From Octopus bimaculoides (taxonomy: Eukaryota), in assembly GCF_001194135.2 (NCBI RefSeq), contig NC_068992.1, positions 67,059,696-67,123,695 on the forward strand: a stretch of DNA of 64,000 bases, read 5' to 3'. The notes beneath the pieces were generated by a model, which did not search any database, had not been told where the DNA came from, and was given only the letters and a program-made list of their open reading frames with translations. Shown here piece by piece: positions 41,853-55,569 of this stretch (its first letter is position 1; each line of letters starts with the position of its first letter). Made by a program: the position numbers and the translations under genes.

Positions 41853-42387
41853 GAACTCGAAGCAATCCAGCGAAACTACACAAAGGAAACCGTCTCAATG
41901 CAACGCGTCAGCTCCTCGGAAAGACTGAAAAAAATAAAGACTCTTATTCCGGAGAACGCAGGCGGGAGAGAAACGCCGTGATATACATCCGGAAAATCCC
42001 GGAAGGACATGAACCAAACTTTGGCATTGAAAATTACACAAACAGTAGAACAGGGCGCCGCTGCATAGTGTCAATGATTCGAAAATCACCTTCAAAATAT
42101 AGAAGGAGATACTGCAACAACTTGGCTTTCAGGCACTTCACTATCCTCTCAAAATGCATAAGAGACTAGCATGTAGGTGGCTTCAAAGCAAAATTGAATA
42201 TCTTCCAGTCAAGGATTCCGGACGATCCTACACTACGGTAGGAAACACAGATGAGCGGAACTGCATGAAACTCCCTCATCTTCCAAGCGCCGAATATCAG
42301 AGGTAGTTTCAAGTAGTGAAGGATTAGCAAAGTCAATGAGAGTGAGACGGCATCACCGCAGCTTTCAAGCCCAAACTAGTTAAAGAA
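41853..42387 (+). mobile_element. 5'-truncated CR1-group LINE: ORF2 C-terminus and 3' UTR, decayed
   Basis: Reads ELEAIQRNYTK...ERLKKIK, then (shifted) ERRRERNAVIYIRKIPEG...CNNLAFR...FKAKLNIF..RIPDDP. This matches the post-RT pattern LExxQR...ERL..L..SLERRR of CR1-type ORF2. Confidence 0.82.
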
Positions 42388-42475
42388 TCATACATGTGTA
42401 TAAGTAATATATATATTCGTATATGTTTATATATAATATACGCATACATACATACATACATAGATACATGCATAC

Positions 42476-42535
<60 letters not shown>

Positions 42536-43194
42536 NNNNNNNNNNNNNNNNNNNNNNNNNNNNNNNNNNNNNNNNNNNNNNNNNNNNNNNNNNNNNNNNN
42601 NNNNNNNNNNNNNNNNNNNNNNNNNNNNNNNNNNNNNNNNNNNNNNNNNNNNNNNNNNNNNNNNNNNNNNNNNNNNNNNNNNNNNNNNNNNNNNNNNNNN
42701 NNNNNNNNNNNNNNNNNNNNNNNNNNNNNNNNNNNNNNNNNNNNNNNNNNNNNNNNNNNNNNNNNNNNNNNNNNNNNNNNNNNNNNNNNNNNNNNNNNNN
42801 NNNNNNNNNNNNNNNNNNNNNNNNNNNNNNNNNNNNNNNNNNNNNNNNNNNNNNNNNNNNNNNNNNNNNNNNNNNNNNNNNNNNNNNNNNNNNNNNNNNN
42901 NNNNNNNNNNNNNNNNNNNNNNNNNNNNNNNNNNNNNNNNNNNNNNNNNNNNNNNNNNNNNNNNNNNNNNNNNNNNNNNNNNNNNNNNNNNNNNNNNNNN
43001 NNNNNNNNNNNNNNNNNNNNNNNNNNNNNNNNNNNNNNNNNNNNNNNNNNNNNNNNNNNNNNNNNNNNNNNNNNNNNNNNNNNNNNNNNNNNNNNNNNNN
43101 NNNNNNNNNNNNNNNNNNNNNNNNNNNNNNNNNNNNNNNNNNNNNNNNNNNNNNNNNNNNNNNNNNNNNNNNNNNNNNNNNNNNNNNNNNNNNN

Positions 43195-43234
<40 letters not shown>

Positions 43235-43649
43235 GTATATATATATTTATGTATATATGTATATATATATATGCATATATATATATGTATATATGTATTT
43301 GTATTTGTGTATATCTTTTATCTACCTATCTATAAACATATATATTATCTCATTTAACGTACTTGTTAATAACAACAGACGCTTCGGGGCAAGGTTCATA
43401 ATCCACCACTGTACCCGGCTACCTCTTTCTTCGCTTACGTAAATCAAACCAAGTCGCATCTGTAATATATTTGAGTTATTAATTTGAATCTCAACAGAAA
43501 ACGGATCGGGGTGTCGAAAAAAGGAACTAAAATGATGCCGATAAGTGTGTTGTTTTGCGATGTGTACAAATCTATACTTTTTACCAGATGAGACACAAAA
43601 CTCATATAAAATGCTATTCATGGAGTATTTTTTCAATCACATTACATAC

Positions 43650-43863
43650 TGATTTCCAAATATGGCACAATGGTAGCAATTTCGGGGTACTTTAAGTCGA
43701 TAGCAATGATCTCAATCATCAACTGGTGCCTATTTTATCTCTTCCGAAATGATGAAAGGTAAGTTGAACGTCGACGGAATTTGAACTCAGATCGTATAGA
43801 CGAACGAAATGCCGGTAAGCATTTCGCCCATTATGATAACGATTCTGCTAAGTCACCGCCTTT
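43650..43863 (-). mobile_element. tRNA-derived SINE, abundant family, copy 5
   Basis: Same core as the other copies. Confidence 0.85.
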
Positions 43864-44011
43864 TAGTAACATTACATATTGAAAGTTATTTAAGATTGCT
43901 AAAAGGAATTCTAATGCATTTCTACGCATGTTGACTGTACAGAGCGGCTTATAAATCGTAAACCTTTACAAGTAAATCTATTGAAAACTCGTCAGTGTCA
44001 ACAACGTTCTA

Positions 44012-44109
<98 letters not shown>

Positions 44110-44627
44110 GAGGGTGGGGAGAGATAGAGAGAGAGATACACAGACAGAAAGACAGGATTTTCTATTCTGCACCTAACGGCTACGAAGATGTCAATCTAGT
44201 CTTCAAAATAGCGAAATGAATGTCATTCATTTGTGTGTTGATTGCATAATCTCTGTCCCTCACACACGTACGCACATACACACATTTAAATACAAGCATC
44301 GAGAAAGTTCGAAGTCTCCTGTCAAAGTTTGTCCTGGTAGACATAAAGGAAATGTTCTATTTAAATCTATTGAACTGTCTTTCACTTAGAGCTTCACTAG
44401 TTTCGTGTATGATTGTTTACAGTTTGACCGAACATAAAACGAACTCAATGATACATTCATGTCTGAACTTACGTGAACCAAAAAGATTAGCCCATATGAC
44501 GGCTTGTATATGGATGCACATATACAACTTAATATTGGTTAATCTACACACACACAGAGACTCACACATACTCACATATAAAAGTGTATAGAGTGTATAT
44601 GTTTATATATATCTCTATATATATGTA

Positions 44628-44671
<44 letters not shown>

Positions 44672-44733
44672 TATGTATGTATACGTATATATACGTATGT
44701 ATATATATATATACGTATGTATATATATATACG

Positions 44734-44799
<66 letters not shown>

Positions 44800-44802
44800 A
44801 GT

Positions 44803-44833
<31 letters not shown>

Positions 44834-44971
44834 CGTAAATGTCGAACAATGAGAATGAGTGCTGAACACCGCATTGACGGATAAAATTTCTCTATTGCTG
44901 TATTAAGGCTACCATTGGTTTCATATTGAGAAAACTCTCTTAATAACTGGCGTTATTCAGGGATAAAAATA

Positions 44972-45190
44972 AAACATGTGACATCCCTATCCAATATTAT
45001 ATGGACACTGAGAGAAGGAGGAGTAACTGACCCCCACATAAGAATTGAGCATCATTGCTAAAGCCAAAAAATACAGAGGACAGGGTACCAGATGTGAGCT
45101 CTGTATCACTGAAAAGCTAAATATCATACACTCAACAGATAACATTTTAAATGTTAGGAATGAAGTCTTCTCTCTGCATACACAAGCAAT
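44972..45190 (+). mobile_element. Penelope-like element fragment, C-terminal part of the GIY-YIG endonuclease
   Basis: Reads KHVTSLSNIIWTLREGG, then (shifted) SIIAKAKKYRGQGTRCELCITEKLNII...ILNVRNE. This matches the PLE pattern LSxxIWxL...CxLCxxEKxxI...LNxRxE. Confidence 0.72.
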
Positions 45191-45417
45191 ATTTCACACA
45201 CGGACATGATAGTGTTTTTCCCTGAATGTGAACATAAAATATATTCAACACATGAACTCCACACATAGAGGAAGCATGCCTTCCGCTGGTGGACTCCTTC
45301 AGCATGCAAGCACACGAACAGCACATGTACCCAAAATATAATATAATGCAAACAAATTCACCGTCCAACACGTTCCCCCCCCAAAAAAAAAAGTCAAACA
45401 CAAGGGTGATAATCATA

Positions 45418-45525
45418 GATAGAATAAATACTAGACTTACAAAGAATAAGTCTTGGGGTCGATTTGCTGCATTAAAGGCGATGCTCCAGCATGGCCGCAG
45501 TCAAATGATTGAAATGGATAAAAGA
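45418..45525 (+). mobile_element. SINE 3' tail, same family as 5204-5388
   Basis: Direct sequence homology. Confidence 0.75.
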
Positions 45526-46353
45526 ATACATATACATACAGACACACGCACATATATATAAAGTAGAAATATTATTTCCAAATCTCTCAAAGAGATATAT
45601 TCAGTAACAGTGCTTTAAAGTAAAGGCTATTTGCCGACGTAACTGGTCTGGCATTTGCTGGTCTGGCATCTACTGACTAGTTTCGTGGTATCGCCCCTTG
45701 TCAATGTAGAGCAGCCGAACCCAGCAGGCATACATACACACATGCATACATACACACATACATACATACATGCATACATACATACATACATACATACGTA
45801 CATATAGTCGGGCATGAACTGAAAAAATCATGTAGACCTAGATATATCTATATGATAGGACAGAGATGTATATTTGTGTATTTCGAATTTACTTGGACAG
45901 AAATCGGTTTTCGTATCAATAACGTTATAGACAATTGCTGCTTCCATAGCATCGAATGAAAGCGACTAACAAAAACAAGAGCAAAACAAGCAACGGAAAT
46001 GTCGCAGAATAGTTATCGATGAGCAGAATCTGTTCGTCTTTTCAACATATATCACCTCTGTTGGTTAATTAGATTTCACATATGTTTTTGTTTTTGGTTT
46101 TCGATGTCTTTTCTTAAGTGCTCTACCACAACAATACCAACGTCTCCAGAGTGAAGCGAGTCACATAAAACCGGCCGCCATTTCCAGTCACACCATTAGA
46201 AGAACGAACGTTAATGAAACTATATTTACTGGCTCCGTGGAAAACCAACATCAATAAACGAGCGATTAGATAAATTGATAAATGAATGTGTTTAGTCTCA
46301 GTCCTTCACATCACACATTGTTGAATTTACATCTGTGCAAGAGACACAAGCAT

Positions 46354-46430
<77 letters not shown>

Positions 46431-46544
46431 AATACATTTATATGTCTCTGCACGAACAGACAGCCACATATGCATGCATAGCTGTGAAGGATGGCGGTTA
46501 TGGTGAGAGGGGGATATGGCAATGTTATAAATTTTACTATTGTT

Positions 46545-46715
46545 GCCTTCTTCTTCTTCTTCTTCTTCTTCTTCTTCTTCTTCTTCTTCTTCTTCTTCTT
46601 CTCCACTCCACCTCCTCCTCCTCTCATCCTACTTCTCCTTCTTCTTCTTCGTCTTCTTCTTCTTTTTTTTTTCTTCTTCTTCTTCTTCTTCTTCTTCTTC
46701 TTCTTCTTCTTCTTC
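46545..46715. repeat. Interrupted (TTC)n/(CTC)n array
   Basis: Seen directly. Confidence 0.95.
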
Positions 46716-47324
46716 TCATCGTTATCTTTTTTAGCCGTTTCTAACCAAGGTTGAACCGTGGTTACATATTTCATTTCCATCTCATTATCATTTCGACTCA
46801 GAGCAAACCCTAACTTCAATACAAAGCGCAAGGAATTTGTCTGCCGCCTTTAGAAATACGGACCGACATCACAAGACCGTCGACTGTAGGGAAACCTACA
46901 ACCGATCACATTGTTCTGCCAAAGTAGTTCACTAATAATATGTTAGACGGAAGGAACGCAGAACAATATTAATCACGGTGGAATTTGATAATAAAGTCTA
47001 AGGGACAGTAGCAATATATCGTATGTCTTGAAGGCAATCGCTCTATATCATAGTACCAAGAGATTATGACATGGAAAGAATAAAGGTGGTGTATATGCGC
47101 TCGTAATATAAATTTTTTTTGTACGTATTTAGCGCTTCTCAGTAAAACGAAGGCAGCAAGGATTACTAATCAGCAGACAAAACTAGACAAAGAATACTTC
47201 AGGTTCGTTCTGGAAGAGAGCTCCGTATACAGACACATAAACGCACCACACACACGCGCATAATTACACATAAACCCGGTTGGTGTTTGTATGTGTGTGC
47301 ATGTACACATACATGCATACATAC

Positions 47325-47376
<52 letters not shown>

Positions 47377-47485
47377 NNNNNNNNNNNNNNNNNNNNNNNN
47401 NNNNNNNNNNNNNNNNNNNNNNNNNNNNNNNNNNNNNNNNNNNNNNNNNNNNNNNNNNNNNNNNNNNNNNNNNNNNNNNNNNNNN

Positions 47486-47516
<31 letters not shown>

Positions 47517-48824
47517 TGTGACATGATGTTTAATTACATAATACATTTCTTAAACATTTATGAAGTTAATCTTAAAACAGACATAACACCAACTACAAGA
47601 AAATTTGTCAGTTATTCTAAATGTATAATAAGATAATAAAGAATATCATACATTGATGTGCGCTAAAAGTGTTCCAGCGAATCATGCATTTGTTCGAATT
47701 GCCACTCAATTGATTAATTATGTATAATGAATGATTGATTATGTATAATGGATGAGGAACTTGGTTCATTTGACCTCAATCATGCAACAGGCGTTTGCAA
47801 TCCATACGTACGCATCATATAGAATCATAACTATACTAAGTTTTGATTCAACAGAGCTTAACTGAAGCTTAGAATGACATCAAATATCGATCTCTTTGGT
47901 AAAAATACATTGGCTGACAAAATATGTGTACATCAAGATTTCCCAGTGGGAATTCATACTGAGGGATAGTCGAAGATCTCCCTCGTCGCTTGACATAAAA
48001 TGAAACTCTTCGAATAGAGCGAAATTATAAGGTGATACAGATAATTGTGTTTATATACATATGTGTGTGTGTGTGTCTATTTACATATTTATAAACACAG
48101 AGACACACACACATATATCTACACACATACACACATACATATATATGTATGTATGTATATATATATATATATATCTTTAAAGATAGACAAACTGTAACAG
48201 GCAAAACAAATGTATTGAAATGAAAAAATGAAAAGGTATGAACAGTTGCGTAAATAATGTATATAATGCACGCAAATGTTATCTCAACAGCTGTTTCGAA
48301 TCATAGATGACTTATTGTTAAAACAATACAGGTGCATTACAGAATAGTGTAGCTATACCCACGGGTGGAAGTATCGACCAGCCATCGTTCGTTTGAAACA
48401 TCTTCTACGTTGAATACATAACTTTTCACGTAAATACATTCCTTGCGATTGTTATCATTCGTCTTCCCGTTTCCATGGCTGCTTCATTGTGAGTTTCATT
48501 ATAGCTAATTGTTCAGCCCTTGGACCACCTTACCAGGAGGAAGAAGTTCTGTGGAATATAAGATTCTGACATACATATATACGTGCATATATACGTGCAT
48601 ACATACATACATACATACATACAAACAAACAAAAGTACCCTGTTGTTGATGTTGATATTGCAATGAAGGAGGCTTGGATCTAGGTTAGAAACCGGTTCTT
48701 TCACTATTGGCAAGAAATCTGGAAATAAACTGAATAATGACATTCATACATACAATAGATTTACATACAAAAATATATATATTTATATATATATATACAC
48801 ACAAACACATATATATATATATAT

Positions 48825-48889
<65 letters not shown>

Positions 48890-48953
48890 CACCCACACAC
48901 ATATATATATATACGCATATATGTACCCACACGCACAAATACACACATATACT

Positions 48954-49010
<57 letters not shown>

Positions 49011-49436
49011 ATGTGCGTGTGTGTGCATGTGTATGTTAGTGTGTCTGTGTATGTGTTTGCGTGTGCGTATATACGCATGTATGCATCTGTACAAATATGT
49101 GTTTTTAAGTACGTATGTCTTTTGCTTTTCAAACGTGACACTTTCCGCTTCAGTTAATTTCACTTAGTTTTGTCTTTATCAGACTAATCAGCGGTCGTAT
49201 AATCTGTTAGTTTCGTCTATACTAGTATTTGCATTACGAATGTTCTTATTATGTATGCTAGTATTATCGATGTTTGTCTTATCCATATTATTTTCATTAA
49301 TTCTTGTATTATCTATGTTAGTATAGTCTATAATAGTATCATCTACATTAGTATAACCGATGTCTATATTATCGATATTAACATTATCGATAAGTGAAGA
49401 ACCAATATGAATTTTTGTCTATGCTAATATTATTAC

Positions 49437-49763
49437 GGCACTCCGTCGGTTACGACGACGAGGGTTCCAGTTAACTTCATCTACGGAACAGCCTGCTCGT
49501 GAAGTTAAGGTGCAAGTGGCTGAGGACTCCACAGTCACGTGTACCCTTGACGAAGTTCTCGGGGAGATTCAGCGTGATACAGAGTGTGACAAAGCTGTCC
49601 CTTTGAAATACGGGTGCAAACAGAAACAGGAAGAAAGAGTGAGTGAAAGTTGTGGTGAAAGAATACAGTAGGGTTCCCCACCACCTTTGCCTGGTCTGGG
49701 AATCAAAACCGCAATCCTATGACCGCGAGTCCGGTGTCCTAACCACTCGGCCATTGCGCCTCC
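49437..49763 (-). mobile_element. Full-length tRNA-derived SINE (head, central module C2, tail T1) with a candidate 14-bp target-site duplication
   Basis: Minus-strand head ggaggcgcaatggccgagtggttagg...gcggttttgattccc. atgctaatattatt occurs at 49421-49434 and 49767-49780. Confidence 0.88.
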
Positions 49764-52535
49764 AAGATGCTAATATTATTGCTGTTGTATTACCTATGTT
49801 ACTACTATCTCTGTTAGTCTCATCTATTTTGCTTTGTTTTTGCCTTTCACAGATAGCATTCACTCGATAGGATGAGTGTAGATAAGTGGAAAAACAACGA
49901 ACCCTTCATACACAGTTTTAATGGATAAAAACTTGCTACAATTGTCTTAAATAATTGAAATATTTCTCACAAAACTTTCTATTAAGAATATTTATTCATT
50001 ACTTTAACTGCTTATATCGCAGTTTTCTTTCATTAAAAAAAATGTTTCGTCACACGTTTAAAAAATTGCATTTGATGAGTGTTAGGTCGTGTAACAGCTG
50101 AAATACGTTTAGTGGTCAGGCAAGACTTGATTAAAATCACTCTTGCGAGACGTTTATCAGAGAAATTTCATTTTATCATATACACTTAGATAGAGTATGT
50201 GTGTGTGTGTGGGGGAATCTGTGTTTCACAGTATGAGTATTTGAGTACATGAGAGCATGTGTGAGTGTGTGTGTTGACTCTCAAATCGAATGAAAATTCC
50301 CATTATATATAAATGAAGTGGAGAATGTCGGTGATACACGAAAGCTAACAACGCTGTCAGTTGAAAGTTGGAATTCAACTCCAAGTTTCTGATAATCGTT
50401 ATAACATACAAACTATGGTAAAGATATTTAGTATCTGATTACTAATGCATATCTGAATAATATGTGATACACACCAGAACAACACTGTGGTTTAAGCAAC
50501 AACATAATTGATTTGTTAACTTTAATCTCGGTCAATAGACCCAGAGAAGTTATCAAAGAATCCGTTACAACGCATTCATTCATGTACATTGGATTTCTGC
50601 TTCGTCTACTTCACCAAAAGATGTCTACGCCTCAGTCTTGAGAAGTGATTGTTCAGATTTGAAATTCCTCGTAGATTCTTTTAAGATTAAAAATTAACAA
50701 CCTTTCGATTTCTCGTTTGATACTTAATCAATAGTTCACTCTTGTTGTGCGTATATTATTATTTCCTGCGTCTCGGTTTGTGACGTGCTTCAGATGGAAG
50801 AATGTTGCAATAACTAAAATACATAATTTATTTTCTGCTCTCTTCGTTCTGAGTTCTCTTGGAGTGGAAATTAGTTTTCGTCTTATCTTTGTAGGAGAGG
50901 GATGTCGATAAAACAAGTACTACGAATAAAATAGGGCCAATTCGATCAATTATATTTTTCATTAGACGAATTGGAAAAAAAAATCAATAAATTATTTATC
51001 AAGGGGAAAACTGCGACAATAGATGCAATTGTTTTATTTTCATAATTAAATGTATCAATCAATGTTTAATTAGAGCTATTGGATGAACGAGAGAAAATGG
51101 CTGCGATAACGTTCGGCTTTTTTCCCCATGGGTTTTAGCAAACGTGTGAAATTAAATAGCTTAAAATCTGAATAGAACCTCCACCATCACCGCTTGCATT
51201 TGTGCATTTTAAAATAAGGCGTCATTGAGAAATCTCTTTAGAGAAAACATGCAAAATGAATCAAATTTCTTTACATTCTACCTGCTACTTTTAGAAATTC
51301 ATTCTATGTGTTATGCAAATTTCTTGGAATAATAATCGAAAAAAAGCTGATTCTTGTATCTCATTTGAAAGTCCACTTACTTCAATGCGTACCATTACTT
51401 TCATTTAATTTTTTTTTGTTGGAACTGTTCTGGGACTGCCTGGTAGTATGTAAATTTGCAATATGCAAATTTCCTTTGAATTTCTAATTAATGTCTAGTG
51501 GAATCAAATCGCCAATTTATAATAGAGTAGATGACGATGACTGATACAGACTCATCAATGAAATAAGCGGGCGGCTTCCTTTGATAAATCCATTTCAATA
51601 GAAGCGTTGAAACATCTATTAGCAACATGCAAAATTCCACCTCTCTGTTTGTGCCGACCATTTGGCATTATGAGCTAAATTAAAATAAATTATCTGTGAT
51701 ATATTATTTTGAGAACATATTTTCACACAACCATAGAAATATACAAATTTTACACAAATATTTTGAACGAAGATCATAAATTACATTTGAATAATTTTTG
51801 TTTTTGTTTATTATATATAATGGTGCGATGGGGGTGAGGGATAAACGTGTTATTCTACCGGTTATGTCTTTCCCAAAGAAACTTCTTGCATAAATGAATT
51901 AATGTCACCTAAGTATCATACATATTTGATAAAGTTTCTGTTAAGTTAGGCTAAAATATTCCAACCTTTTAGAAGAGAGGTAATATGTCATTCCCAAAGG
52001 TATTAACAGCATAATTGATTCGAGAATATTATAAATAAGAATTAAAATTGCAACACTATCTCCATTTGCCCAAAACCTTAACTTTCGCTTTGCGACGATC
52101 CTTATGACGAGTTAATAAAACTATTAATTTACAACATAATTAAGTTATTACATTGTATAATTAATAATTTTTATAATGTTGGCATGAAACCACAGATATA
52201 TATCCGATAGTAAAATAATTTTGTGAGAGAGAGGGAAAATGGATTTTCAACCCATCTCTCGTGGCTGGGATTCTAAATATCTGGTTTAGGTGTATCTCTC
52301 GGTGGGGACTTATCTTCTCAGGTGATTTCAATAGGTATCTCGTTAAAATACACTCTGTTTCACAAGATTTCTTCTTGGTCTTCCAATATAGAAGTGGTAA
52401 ATCAAGTTATACAGCTTCATTCTTATAGAAGATCCATAACAAATATCAGATACAAAAAGAGTCAAATACACGATACAACGAAAAAGTATTAGATTTAACT
52501 GTTAGTAGATATGGATGTACAAGCTCATCTATACA

Positions 52536-52752
52536 TACATGAGTGTTTGTTGAAAAGTTCCTGGCTTTAAGGGTGCCGTTGAAGGCCTGGTTGGAGGTCG
52601 AACATTCCGCGTTCTTTTACAGGGATTTGAAAAACTGAAGGACCGCTGCAATAAGTGTGTGTAACTGAGAGTGGATTATGTCGAAGAAAATCATAATTAA
52701 CTGGTCCTTCTGTATATTCTTTTATTTACCCAAAGCCAGGAACACTCTCGTA
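52536..52752 (+). mobile_element. Non-autonomous mariner derivative with the transposase C-terminal tip
   Basis: Imperfect TIRs tacatgagtg...gttcctggcttt and aaagccaggaacactctcgta, with TA at both ends. Internal frame LQGFEKLKDRCNKCV*LRVDYVEE resembles the mariner C-terminal GIxKLxxRWxKCVxxxGxYxE. Confidence 0.8.
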
Positions 52753-54249
52753 TAGATTTTTGACAAAGGAATTCAAAAATTTAGCATTTCAAATTTCACT
52801 GGATAGAAATAATCACTTGCATTATCTTTCGTATTCTTTTGGTTCACAGAATAATACAAACATTGTGATCTATGCCTACGGTTTCGATTATCTTTACGTT
52901 TATGTCCTCTCCATCATTTAATAATACCTTTACAACTACTGCTTGAAATATGGTAATCGCAATAATTCAATCCAAGGTGATTTGAAATAAAGTGTATAAC
53001 TGCTTAAAAGGAAAAAAAAACATTAGCTATGATGTTTAGTTAAGTAAACTGAAAACTTTAAAAGATTTATATTTATCGATACAGAACAAGACATATTTAA
53101 ACTTCACCTGATATATGAATTCATTTAAAATTTTCAAGCAGACAAAGAATTGCAGTTATATAAAGATGGTGTTTTGAGATCCGTTGATATTCGAGCCTTC
53201 GGCATATATGAAGAAGGGCGTTTAATAGAAATCGAAATCTAGTTACGTATACCAGTCACCGTCAGCTATAATTTCGTTCGTTCTTTTCAATGAAACATAA
53301 TTGACTGTTAAACTGTTGATGTGTTCAATAAATTAAAATTTTACTGCCTATCAGCAATGCCTATCAATAATGCAAGACATAAATGCCAAAAGAATAGGAA
53401 AATTATTAAAATATTTATACTTTCTAAATTTAATAATTATGGTAATTAACTGCCCGTTTGACTGTGACAGAAATCAATGATGGTAAGGATTATATGCATA
53501 GGTTTGCGTCAAAATGAGACAAGATTTAAGCCGCAAATAAGGTAATTTATATTCAATTTCAATAACTCGTTTGTGAATACATGAAACTTGCTCCTGCTAA
53601 TGACTTCTGAACTTGACAATCACATTAATGTTTCCTTATTTAGCACGTTCATCCGTGAAGTAAGACCTGAATCTGCCATTTGCAACAATAAATTCGAAGA
53701 GTGTAGGTAGTGGTTACAGCAATGTGGAATTAAAATACTTCAATACACTAGGCTGGACGAAGTCCAACAATTCATTGGTGATCGAATCTTAACCAAAATT
53801 GATATTTCGAATGGTTCGTAAAAATGATCACTAATTCACTATTTCTTATACTTACTGAATCAAACACTGTTTGTAAAGTTATAGCAATTTTCCGTAACTG
53901 AGGCAGCTATTATTTTGTTTCTTGTAAGTATGCAAAATTAAGAATAAAATCATTATTTATTTAAAGATTAAAAATTAAGAATAAAATCCTGTTTCATTTA
54001 AAGATTGTTGTATTTATAAGCGTACTGTTTGTATATAGTCTTTTCTGTTGTAAAGTATTGCTTGCATACATTTACCAAGAAGAACACAAACATTCACTCG
54101 CAGAATATTTCATATTACTATATTCATTCTTTTGGGACCTGCTAGCATCAAACTGTTGTCTTCGGCATAAATAATTTCTTCGTGCCTTAAGGTAACGTTT
54201 GTCCAATACATATAAGGAAATCCGGTTGAGTGGAAATAAAATTCATCGA

Positions 54250-55260
54250 AACGAAAATGAAACTTAGGATCAGCCAAAGACAAAGCTATTTGTTTTACAT
54301 CGACCAGTAACCCGATCATTAACCCGATCCCACCAAACGGATTTCGTTCCTACATACCTAGTGCACGCGCTCTAGCTCTGACAAAGAAGAATTAGCCGAG
54401 GGCCAATCTCGCCACAAACATGTCATTTCATGCCATTTCTAAGTCTTCTGTCTTCTAACTAGGGTTCCTTCTAATCTACTTTTCTCTATCACCCTACTAA
54501 CTCTTATCTATTATATTCTAATCACTCTTTTCAAGGCGAATCACCATTTGGAATTGACAAATTTCACTGTTTGTGTTCGCCTAATTAATTCGCTTAATCC
54601 TGTCTCTGTAAGACTAACGCACAAAAATGCTCTGTTTAGCTTTCAGATTTGTGGTCTGTAAATCCAACGACCTTTAATTCTGGATCACCTTCACTGTCCC
54701 TTTCAGGTAACCAGATATGATCTGAATGATATGAATGGTTTCTCCGTATGCACATTTGGGAAATGCTCTCGCTATCTCTCCCACATAGTTGAAAACTTCT
54801 TAGCAGGTTTGCGAGCATCTTGCACCTCTTTTGCTATCGGCAAACTCGACACACCTATCTTCTATCCAAGATAAAGTATTTAGTCATTCGTGAATGGTAA
54901 AGAGCGGACGTTCCTACATAGACCTCCAGATGCATGATAAAATCAGGCCGCACCGTCCATTTTGGGGCTCAGACTTAAGGTATGACCTTCACAACTAGTC
55001 AAGTCCTGAGCCACAAACTTATCTCTTGGCTCAATAAAAATGGTTCGCATCTCAAGTTCAAAGCATTTCCGAAGCCACACAGCAACTCTGGTTCCTGATC
55101 CTAGCCGACTTGTGAATGCATTTTTATTGTAAGCATTAAAGGTGAGTTTAAAGGCTTGTGCTTAAATTCTTGTCTGACTTATGGCCATCACAGCTAGATG
55201 TACTTACCTGAGGCTGTCGATGCGGATGTTCTCGTAACACATTGCTAATTTTGAGTAAAC
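54250..55260 (-). mobile_element. Decayed L1/Tx1-like LINE ORF2: APE endonuclease and linker
   Basis: Minus strand gives VMAISQTRI, RVAVWLRKCFELEMRTIFIEP, LLRSFQL, FPNV..SFRSYL, GFTDHK, VNSKW*FALKRVIR and VRARARALG in order, with stops and frameshifts. Confidence 0.72.
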
Positions 55261-55538
55261 CATATTTGAGGAGTAAATAACAAACATTTAGTTTATCCCT
55301 TTAAAACAACTTTTAGCTGCTCGTGGCTGTTTCCACGAGTAAGTCTGTAGGAGATTTTTCTTAATATTCCCTCGGATATTTTCTCATTTATCAGTATATT
55401 TCAATGATACAAGTTTCTATGTCTTTTGTGCTGTTTTAATGTTTTTATGTGAGTCTGTATCTGATATTTTGGGTGGAATGAAACAACCGTGTGACAAATT
55501 TGTTTTGTTATTATAGTTTTGTGTTGTTGTTGTTGTTG

Positions 55539-55569
<31 letters not shown>

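Noticed and set aside
26455-46190. YY1/Pho-like motifs (aaaatggcgg at ~26460, aagatggcg at ~27617, ggccgccattt at ~46173)
   Set aside because: Short, scattered motifs with no clustering or other support.
51060-51110. tggatgaac as the missing WMD-type exon
   Set aside because: The frame closes after a few codons (SYWMNERKWLR*) and has no M13-like context.
53934-54006. 36-bp imperfect tandem duplication
   Set aside because: An ordinary local slippage duplication in AT-rich DNA.
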